From a virus (taxonomy: Duplodnaviria > Heunggongvirae > Uroviricota > Caudoviricetes): a stretch of 64,000 nt of DNA. Of the stretch, positions 56,101-63,288 are shown in pieces; positions within the stretch are counted from its first letter, which is position 1; each line of letters opens with the position of its first letter. The stretch is taken from the IMG/VR virus record IMGVR_UViG_3300031344_000001; one strand, written 5' to 3'. Made by a program: the position numbers and the translations under genes. The notes beneath the pieces are model-generated. The model made no database searches, had not been told where the DNA came from, and saw only the letters and a list, made by a program, of their open reading frames with translations.

Positions 56101-58007
56101 GATCGTGCCGATCGTCGACGTGGAACGTGGAGGCGCGTTGGCGCAACCGGAAGTCGAGACCACCGCGAGGTCTCGCATCGATTGTGCCCGTCGCGCGCTC
56201 GCCCGATATCGATGAGCCCAACGTGTCGAGACCACCGCGAGGTCTCGCATCGATCGTGCCGGGAAGTAGGCTGCACATGAGTCGATGGCCGTTCTGCGTG
56301 TCGAGACCACCGCGAGGTCTCGCATCGATCGTGCCGTCTAACGTGGCTGCTCACCGGAGCCGTGGTTCGCTGTCGAGACCACAGCGAGGTCTCGCATCGA
56401 TCGTGCCTCGGGAATTCCAAGACCTCCGTCAGCGGTTCCTCTCGTCGAGACCACAGCGAGGTCTCGCATCGATCGTGCCGGTGTCAAACGTGCGATGGAA
56501 CAGGCGGAGGTTTAGGTCGAGACCACCGCGAGGTCTCGCATCGATCGTGCCTGAACACGTTCTTGCCGTTGGCGCCTTCGCCATAATGGTCGAGACCACC
56601 GCGAGGTCTCGCATCGATCGTGCCGTTGTGCAGACACTTTGCCGTAACGACGCCGGTGTCGTCGAGACCACCGCGAGGTCTCGCATCGATCGTGCCGAAC
56701 GACTCGAAGGTCGCGACATCGACGCATCTGTCGTCGAGACCACCGCGAGGTCTCGCATCGATCGTGCCCGCGTGCGAAGCAGAGATGCCCTCGAGCAGTC
56801 GCTCGTCGAGACCACCGCGAGGTCTCGCATCGATCGTGCCGCTGCGCGACCGCGACGAAGCTCGTCGTCCTCATAGATGCTCACGTCACGTCGAGACCAC
56901 CGCGAGGTCTCGCATCGATCGTGCCACAGGAGTAGACACGGATCCACGGAGGAACCAATGGGTCGAGACCACAGCGAGGTCTCGCATCGACGACGTGATC
57001 GCCCGTTGGTCGAGACCACCGCGAGGTCTCGCATCGATCGTGCCAGGTCGGGCTGGACCTTGGCAGTCGAGACCGCTGCGAGGTCTCGCATCGATCGTGC
57101 CGAAAGCGGCCGGGTCGGGCGCGGGCGCGATCTGCGCGTCGAGACCCCCGTGAGGTCTCGCGTCTCGCATCGATCGTGCTGTTCAGGATCTCAGCCGCAG
57201 CGAGCGAGGTGTCTATGTCGAGATGTCGAGACCACCGCGAGGTCTCGCATCGATCGTGCCCAGCAACGAACCCGGGCTAGAGAGTTCGAACCCATGTCGA
57301 GAGTCGAGACCACCGCGAGGTCTCGCATCGATCGTGCCGATCGCCGCCGCGATTGAAGCAGCGCTCGTCTCTGGCGTCGAGACCACCGCGAGGTCTCGCA
57401 TCGATCGTGCCTGATCTGAGCGGCCTTGTCGATCGGCTCAAGGTCGAGACCACCGCGAGGTCTCGCATCGATCGTGCCGGCTCGGACGCATGACCAAGAG
57501 CGTTACGTTCGATGTGTCGAGACCACCGCGAGGTGCCATGACCTCACCATAGCGCGCCCGCGATCGTGCCGACGAACCCGAATTCCTCCGCCGAGGACAA
57601 TCCGTAGGTGTCGAGACCACCGCGAGGTCTCGCATCGATCGTGCCGGGGCTTGGGCTCGATCCGCGCTACACGATCTCGTCGTCGAGACCACCGCGAGGT
57701 CTCGCATCGATTGTGCCCGCCTGACGGTACGCCGCCGGGGCGGAGGGCTGCGTGTCGAGACCACCGCGAGGTCTCGCATCGATTGTGCCCTCGACCGTCT
57801 CGTGCCAGCCCTTCGGGATTCGCACGTCGAGACCACCGCGAGGTCTCGCATCGATTGTGCCCACTCTCGTGGTCTCGTGGCAATACCCACTCGACGTGCG
57901 TCGAGACCACCGCGAGGTCTCGCATCGATTGTGCCGCGCCGCTTGTCCGGTGGCGACCAGGACTTCAGGATGTCGAGACCACCGCGAGGTCTCGCATCGA
58001 TTGTGCC
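50113..58007 (-). CRISPR. CRISPR array A, about 105 x 36-nt repeats including partial copies
   Basis: + strand GTCGAGACCACCGCGAGGTCTCGCATCGAT(C/T)GTGCC; minus strand GGCACGATCGATG-CGAGACC-TCGCGGT-GGTCTCG-AC; variation mostly in the 7-nt loop; most regular near 58 kb, degenerate near 50-52 kb. Confidence 0.98.
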
Positions 58008-58028
58008 TTCGATTGTCAGAGAACGAAC

Positions 58029-58300
58029 CATGCTTATCCGGTTGTCACCCCTCGCGGGCGCGACGGATCTCCTTGATCTTTCGCTCGGCGCGCTTCGCAG
58101 AGGCTCGCCATTCAGCGAGAGCTTCCGTTGGGGTGAATTCTTGAATCGTTCCGCCGACGTTGATCACGGACGGTCGCTTGCCCAGAGAGGCGGAAAGAAG
58201 CTCGCCCATTTCGGAGCGGATGATTTTAAGTTCACGTTCGAGTCGCGATGCCATTTGATGTCTCCCTGATCACGTTTGGGGTGTTAACCGGATAAGCATG
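58029..58300. mobile_element. Mini gene cassette 2 (MITE/MIC-like) inserted in the CRISPR leader
   Basis: CATGCTTATCCGGTTGTCACCCC (58029-58051) and inverted GGGGTGTTAACCGGATAAGCATG (58278-58300); GAACGAAC direct repeat at 58021-58028 and 58301-58308. Confidence 0.85.
58045..58254 (-). CDS. Cargo ORF of cassette 2 (69 aa, helical)
   Basis: GGGAG RBS; TGA stop lies inside the TIR. Confidence 0.65.
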   Translation of the reverse strand: MASRLERELKIIRSEMGELLSASLGKRPSVINVGGTIQEFTPTEALAEWRASAKRAERKIKEIRRAREG

Positions 58301-58312
58301 GAACGAACGATC

Positions 58313-60268
58313 CTACGGCGTTGCGGGGCTCGGCGCGAGCGGCTGCTGGTCCTTCCGCCGGTTCCGCCGCGCCGGGGCCTTCTTCTTCGTCGAAGGTGCC
58401 GGAACCTTGGGGTCGAGCGGCCACCCGCTCTCGCCGCGCGCGACGGCGCTCGCGGCGGCGAGCAGGTTTCGGCTCATCGTGATGTCCTGGTCCTCGGCGT
58501 GGCCGCAGTTCTCGCAGCGGATCACCCGCTGCACCCGGTCTTCCCGCGAGACGTCGCGGTGGTGACCGCAGGCCGCGCAGTCGAGCGTCCCACCGGCAGC
58601 GTCGACCTCCAGGTCGACGCTGCCGTACTTCTTCGCGAAGTAGCCGACGCGGGCGCGGGCGCGCCCGGGCCCCAGGATGTTCACGCGGCGCGCCGTCTTC
58701 TTGCGCAGCTTCTGCTCGTCCTCGTCGTGCTGGTCGTCCTTCTCGACGAGGCCGGTCACGTCGAAGTCGTCGCGGGCGACGACCCCGTAGCGCTTGGCCA
58801 GCTGGACCGCGACCGCGGTGACGCGGCCCTCGACCTGGCGCTGCATGCGCTCGAGGCTCGGCACCTCGCGGTGGAGCAGGTGGACGTCCTGCTTGCTCCA
58901 CGCCTCCAGCGCCGCGAAGGCCGGCTGGTCGCCGTGGATGCGCTGGTCTCGCCACTGCCGGTGCAGGCGGACGTACTTGCTGGGGGCCCGCCAGTTGTGC
59001 ATGTGGCGGCTCTCTTCGCGGAGCCACGACGTCGCCGGCAGCGACCGGGCGTAGGCGAGGATCATGTCGCGGAGCACGTCCTGGTTCTGGTCGCGGATCG
59101 AATGGATCGAGTCGGCCCAGGGTTTCACACCGAGCACGTCCTCGGGGATCACGAGTTGCCCCCAGAGCGGGCTCGCGGGGTCGTTGGGGTCGAGTGGCGC
59201 GGTGGCGCTCCACGTGAGCAGGCGGATGCCCGCCTTCTTGCCCTCCTCGTCGAAGAGCTGACGCCAGCCGATGTGGACGGCGACCGCGTCGTGCGGGTGC
59301 GGGTGCGGGGTGGTCACGGCCACGGAGCCCTCGACCTCAAGCGTGAGGTACCAGCGGTAGCGGAGCCCGGTGCGCTCGCGCCGGACCACGGCCCACTTGA
59401 CGACGTCGTGCCCGAGCTGGAGGCGGTTCTTCGTGCGCGGGGACTGGTGCAGGAGCAGGTGCATCTGGGCCCAAATCGGGCGGATGGTGCCCGGCACAGT
59501 CCCGACGCGGATCGCGAGCGCGTGGAAGCGCTTGCCCTTCGTGGCGGCCTCTCCCGCGCGCGGCCCGATCTTGATGACGTCTCCCGGGTTCCCGGCGACG
59601 TCGATCGCGCGCCCCTCGGCGTCGACCGCGGCGGGTCGGAAGTGGTCGACCGGGGCACCCAGCGAGTACGCGACCGATCCGATGCGCAGCCAAGACCCTT
59701 CGCCGCCGATGAGATCGTCGGCGTAGACGGACTTCTTGGCGGGAAGTGTCTTGCCGGTCCGCGCGTCGATGCGCGCGTTCTGCCGCTGGAACTGGACGGC
59801 GATGCGGCCCACGTCCGGGGGGAAGTCCGTCCCCACGAACGTGGTCCGGCCGTTTTCGTCGATGAGCCCTGCCTTGTCGATCGTGCGCCGCGCGAAGTCG
59901 GCCGCGTCGTCCGCCTTGCCGAGCGTCCCCCACATGGCTCCCGCCTCGATCGTCGCGTCGCGCACGGCCTTGAGCGCGCGCTTCTTCCCCGCGAACACGC
60001 GCTCGCGGAGGGCCTTGAACTCGTCAGAGGCGTGCCACGCATCGCGGGCAGCTTTCCCAGCCTCCGACTTCCACCACGCGCCACGCGCTTCGACGGGTAC
60101 GTCCCTGGCCGGGTAGTCGATGAGCGCGCGCCGGAGGAAGCGCTCGCGGTTCTCGATGAGCGCGATCTGTCGGCGGTAGCGCGCGCCGAGGCGCACCTGC
60201 TCGCGCAAGCAATGGTCGTCGGCGGCCGTCGCCGGGAGACAGAGGAACTTGTACACGCGCATCGTCAT
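58313..60268 (-). CDS. cas12m: Cas12m-like (type V-U1/V-M) effector 2 with inactive-type RuvC H-D-D (651 aa)
   Basis: GRIAVQFQRQ, RuvC-I VAVHIGWR, NWRAPSKYVRL, WSKQDVHL, RuvC-II VVARDD, CAAC..CENC zinc finger, RuvC-III EDQDITMSRNLL; same H/D/D pattern recalled for MmCas12m; upstream of array A. Confidence 0.85.
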   Translation of the reverse strand: MTMRVYKFLCLPATAADDHCLREQVRLGARYRRQIALIENRERFLRRALIDYPARDVPVEARGAWWKSEAGKAARDAWHASDEFKALRERVFAGKKRALKAVRDATIEAGAMWGTLGKADDAADFARRTIDKAGLIDENGRTTFVGTDFPPDVGRIAVQFQRQNARIDARTGKTLPAKKSVYADDLIGGEGSWLRIGSVAYSLGAPVDHFRPAAVDAEGRAIDVAGNPGDVIKIGPRAGEAATKGKRFHALAIRVGTVPGTIRPIWAQMHLLLHQSPRTKNRLQLGHDVVKWAVVRRERTGLRYRWYLTLEVEGSVAVTTPHPHPHDAVAVHIGWRQLFDEEGKKAGIRLLTWSATAPLDPNDPASPLWGQLVIPEDVLGVKPWADSIHSIRDQNQDVLRDMILAYARSLPATSWLREESRHMHNWRAPSKYVRLHRQWRDQRIHGDQPAFAALEAWSKQDVHLLHREVPSLERMQRQVEGRVTAVAVQLAKRYGVVARDDFDVTGLVEKDDQHDEDEQKLRKKTARRVNILGPGRARARVGYFAKKYGSVDLEVDAAGGTLDCAACGHHRDVSREDRVQRVIRCENCGHAEDQDITMSRNLLAAASAVARGESGWPLDPKVPAPSTKKKAPARRNRRKDQQPLAPSPATP

Positions 60269-60315
60269 TGTTGGGCGCCCCGCTGTCGCACGTGCTGTTG
60301 TTGCATTGACGAACA

Positions 60316-60343
60316 GCTAACAGGATGATAGACGTTTTGCAAG
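60316..60343 (-). promoter_or_regulatory. 28-bp upstream element of effector 2, identical to 50019-50046
   Basis: GCTAACAGGATGATAGACGTTTTGCAAG on the + strand; also lies just upstream of the divergent RHH gene. Confidence 0.7.
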
Positions 60344-60348
60344 ACGCA

Positions 60349-60522
60349 ATGTTCGAGCCGAAGCAACAAGCCGCGGAGAAACTCAGCCACTACATCGGTG
60401 CGCGCGTCACCGACACCGAAGAGTCGTGGCTCCGCGCCGAGATGAAGCGCAGAAAGATCACGATGAGTGACTTGATGCGCCTCGCGCTCGGCAAGCTCTT
60501 CGTTTCCAAGAAGACGGGGTGA
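60349..60522 (+). CDS. Ribbon-helix-helix-like regulator, divergent from effector 2
   Basis: YIGARVTDTEESWLRAEMKRRKITMSDLMRLAL resembles the CopG/Arc pattern; ATG 60349. Confidence 0.6.
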   Translation: MFEPKQQAAEKLSHYIGARVTDTEESWLRAEMKRRKITMSDLMRLALGKLFVSKKTG

Positions 60523-60887
60523 CCTTGGCGATCGAGTGCAAGGAGATGCACGAGTGGGCGTCGTGGCGTGACGAGTACACCCTCGCCGACGTCGAGAAGG
60601 CGCTCGCGTTCGCCGGCCTCAAGGGGTGGAAGTTCGACCACTGGTCCGACGGGGACGCGCAGTTCATGCACCCCGGGCCGGTGACGTTCGACGACCTCGC
60701 CAAGCTGCGGGTCACGTTCACGCCCCGGAGCATGGTCGTCGAGGCGGTCGTCGACCAGGACGCGGAGGACGAGCGGTTGGTCGCGTGGGAGCGCGCGGGG
60801 GCTAACCCGCTCGACCGTGGCGCCACGGCCTTGATGGTGCTGGTGACGATGAGCTGGAACGAAGTCTCCGACGCGGGGGCCGCCTGA
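60519..60887 (+). CDS. Hypothetical protein (122 aa)
   Basis: ORF track; coupled. Confidence 0.6.
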   Translation: MTLAIECKEMHEWASWRDEYTLADVEKALAFAGLKGWKFDHWSDGDAQFMHPGPVTFDDLAKLRVTFTPRSMVVEAVVDQDAEDERLVAWERAGANPLDRGATALMVLVTMSWNEVSDAGAA

Positions 60888-61489
60888 TGGCCGACGCGTG
60901 CGATCACAAGCGTCGGATCGGGAACCACCGAAGCTCGGCCCTCACGGTCTGCCACGTGTGCCGCGACTTCCTGTGCTCGACCTGCGGCGCCACGATCGAC
61001 TGGTACGAGGGGCTCTGCTGCGCCAACCCCGGCGCGCAGTGGCGCTACTGCACGAAGCCCGCGTGCGTTGAGGTGGAGGCCGCGTACCACGGGTTGGACC
61101 TCGACGAGATGGTCCGCTGTCGGGAGGCGCTGCGGGAGAAGCGCGTGCTCAGGCACCTCCAGGATCGAGGGGGCCACGCGGCGTTTGACGCTTTTGGTCC
61201 GCGCAGTCGTGTGGTCGAGGGGTCGTCTTCCGCGACGTCCGTGACGGGCCAGGGCACCGCGACGAGTCGTCCGCCGAACCAACGCTTCATCGAGCCCGTC
61301 GCCTTCGTGCTCGACCCCGGCGAGGCGTGCTGGTGCAACCTCGGTAAGGATTGCGACGGCAGTCACCAGGTCTGGATCGAGGAGCCCACGAACATCTGCG
61401 GTTTCTGCGGCGAGGAGTTCCAGATCTCCGCGACGGACCCCCACTTCTTGAGTGGCCGCGGACCCCGCTGCCCGACGAGGGCGGCATGA
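60887..61489 (+). CDS. Cys-rich multi-zinc-finger-like protein (200 aa)
   Basis: CHVC, CSTC, CC..C..C, C.C..C and CGFC..CP clusters. Confidence 0.6.
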   Translation: MADACDHKRRIGNHRSSALTVCHVCRDFLCSTCGATIDWYEGLCCANPGAQWRYCTKPACVEVEAAYHGLDLDEMVRCREALREKRVLRHLQDRGGHAAFDAFGPRSRVVEGSSSATSVTGQGTATSRPPNQRFIEPVAFVLDPGEACWCNLGKDCDGSHQVWIEEPTNICGFCGEEFQISATDPHFLSGRGPRCPTRAA

Positions 61490-61725
61490 CGGCTGATCCG
61501 GAATACCGGATCGCCTACGACGTCGAGCGTCACAAGGTCGGCTGCGGCTTGGTCCAGGCCGCGCTCGGCGGTGACGTTCCGAAGGTGCTGTTCCACGATT
61601 ACTTCGGCGACGGGCGTGCTTGGACGGTGGCGGCGGGTGATTGTCAGGTCTACACGATCCGGCGGAGCCAGCTGCCGGCGCTCGCCGCGCGCACGCTTCT
61701 CGGACGCGAGGAGACGAGGGAATGA
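61486..61725 (+). CDS. Hypothetical protein (79 aa)
   Basis: GAGGG RBS; ATG 61486. Confidence 0.55.
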   Translation: MTADPEYRIAYDVERHKVGCGLVQAALGGDVPKVLFHDYFGDGRAWTVAAGDCQVYTIRRSQLPALAARTLLGREETRE

Positions 61726-61879
61726 CCGACGAGGCGCAGCTCGAAGGTGAGCGGCTGAAGGAGCAGATTCTCCGACTGTTCCCAGTTTCCGGGAGGCTGC
61801 GCAGGATCTGTGACTGTGTCGGGAGGTGCGCTAGCGAGGGCGCCGCGCTGGTGTCCCGAGAGGCGGGGGCAGCGCAGCG

Positions 61880-63283
61880 GTGACGGTGACGATGCGGCTC
61901 GAGGAGCGTCCGTACGAGGCGAAGGCCGTCCGAGACCTCCGCGTCGAGCTGCCGGCGTACAAGCGGGTGCTCGCCGTCGCGCCCACCGGCGCGGGCAAGA
62001 CGGTGATCGCGACGCTCTTGCTCGCGGTCGAGAAGCGCTGGCGTCGGGTGCTGTGGCTCGCGCACCGCGCCGAGCTGGTCGGACAGGCGCGGGAGAGCCT
62101 CTTTTCCCTCGGCGTCCCGTGCGGCGTGCGGTGTGCGTCGTACGAGGCGCTGCATCCCGACCACGTCGATCGCGAGGCCCGTGTGCAGGTCGGCAGCGTC
62201 CAGACCGTGTCGCGGCAGGAGGTCTTCGACGTCGACTTGATCGTGGTTGACGAGGCCCATCGCGCGATGGCCGACTCGTACCAGGCGATCGCGCGACTCC
62301 GGCCCCGCGCGGAGGTCCTCGGTCTCACCGCGACGCCGCTTCGGATGGACGGGCGCGAGCTGGGAGACTTCTTCCAGTCGCTGCTCGTCCTCGCCAAACC
62401 GAGTGAGCTCTACGCGGAGGGTTACCTCGCGGAGCCGGTCACCTACGCGGCCGGCCCGGAGACGCGGGCGTTGCTTGCGCAGCGTCTTCGATCGGTCCGC
62501 GTCAAGGGTGGTGACTTTCAGTTGGACGCGCTCGGTCGTGCCGTGAACACGACAGACCTCGTGGGCGACGTGGTCAGCGAGACTCGTCGCCTGGCGCCTG
62601 GTGTGCCCAAGGTCGTGTTCGCGGCGACGGTCGCGCACTCGAGAGAGATTGCGGAGCGCTTCTCGGGAGTCGGGGTCCGCGCCGCGCACATCGACGCGGA
62701 CACGCCTACGGACGATCGGTCGCGCGCCTTGGCGATGCTCGCGTCCGGGGAGCTGGAGGTCGTCTGCAACGTCGAGATCTTGACCGAGGGTTGGGACCTC
62801 CCCGTCCTCGGTGCCGTCGTGGTGGCCAGGCCCACGTGGAGCCTCGGGCGCTTCATGCAGATGGTCGGTCGTGTGCAGCGGCCCGGCAGCGGCCCTCCGA
62901 AGTTGGTCCTCGACCATGGCGGAAACGCCGACCGGCTCCAACACTTCCCTGGCGAGGACGTTGACTGGAAGCTCGCACGAGGCTCTCGAAAGTTGAAGAG
63001 GAGAGCACCCCCGAGCGTGCGTCTCTGCGTCGCGTGCTGCGCCGTCCTACGGGAGACTTGCGAGGTGTGCCTCCACTGCGGCACGGCGCAGCCCCGGAGC
63101 ACGAAGCGCCTCGTCGAGGAGCACGAGGCCGAGCTGGTCGAACTCGATCGTGCACGCATCGAAGCGCTGCGGAGGGGCGTGCGTCAGCGTGCAGAGGAGG
63201 TGGCGCGGAGAGTCGGAGCACCTGCGAGCTGGGTGGACACCGTGGTTGAAGCTGTGGTCCTGCGCGGTGGGAGAGGGCGCTGA
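61880..63283 (+). CDS. SF2 DEAH-box helicase (RadD/UvsW-like) with C-terminal zinc finger
   Basis: APTGAGKT, LAHRAELVGQ, IVVDEAHR, GLTATP.R.DG, ILTEGWDLP, QMVGRVQRP, CVAC..CLHC. Confidence 0.9.
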   Translation: MTVTMRLEERPYEAKAVRDLRVELPAYKRVLAVAPTGAGKTVIATLLLAVEKRWRRVLWLAHRAELVGQARESLFSLGVPCGVRCASYEALHPDHVDREARVQVGSVQTVSRQEVFDVDLIVVDEAHRAMADSYQAIARLRPRAEVLGLTATPLRMDGRELGDFFQSLLVLAKPSELYAEGYLAEPVTYAAGPETRALLAQRLRSVRVKGGDFQLDALGRAVNTTDLVGDVVSETRRLAPGVPKVVFAATVAHSREIAERFSGVGVRAAHIDADTPTDDRSRALAMLASGELEVVCNVEILTEGWDLPVLGAVVVARPTWSLGRFMQMVGRVQRPGSGPPKLVLDHGGNADRLQHFPGEDVDWKLARGSRKLKRRAPPSVRLCVACCAVLRETCEVCLHCGTAQPRSTKRLVEEHEAELVELDRARIEALRRGVRQRAEEVARRVGAPASWVDTVVEAVVLRGGRGR

Positions 63284-63288
63284 CGTTG

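Noticed and set aside
44281-58007. Self-targeting spacers within the window
   Set aside because: None noticed by eye, but no exhaustive search was possible; needs BLAST of all spacers against the replicon.
44310-58144. Many repetitive ORFs (SRTSTVRAGAIT, VETTARSRID, MRDLAVVST)
   Set aside because: Translations of CRISPR repeats, not genes.
48072-60268. Calling the effectors IS200/IS605 TnpB or Cas12j (CasPhi)
   Set aside because: No tnpA or IS ends seen. The proteins are longer than typical TnpB and abut arrays, and the motifs (FDGxGxIxxQ, HR..P.DA, H/D-(L/I)GWR, W..P, AAPG) fit recalled Cas12m better than Cas12j. A phylogeny is still needed.
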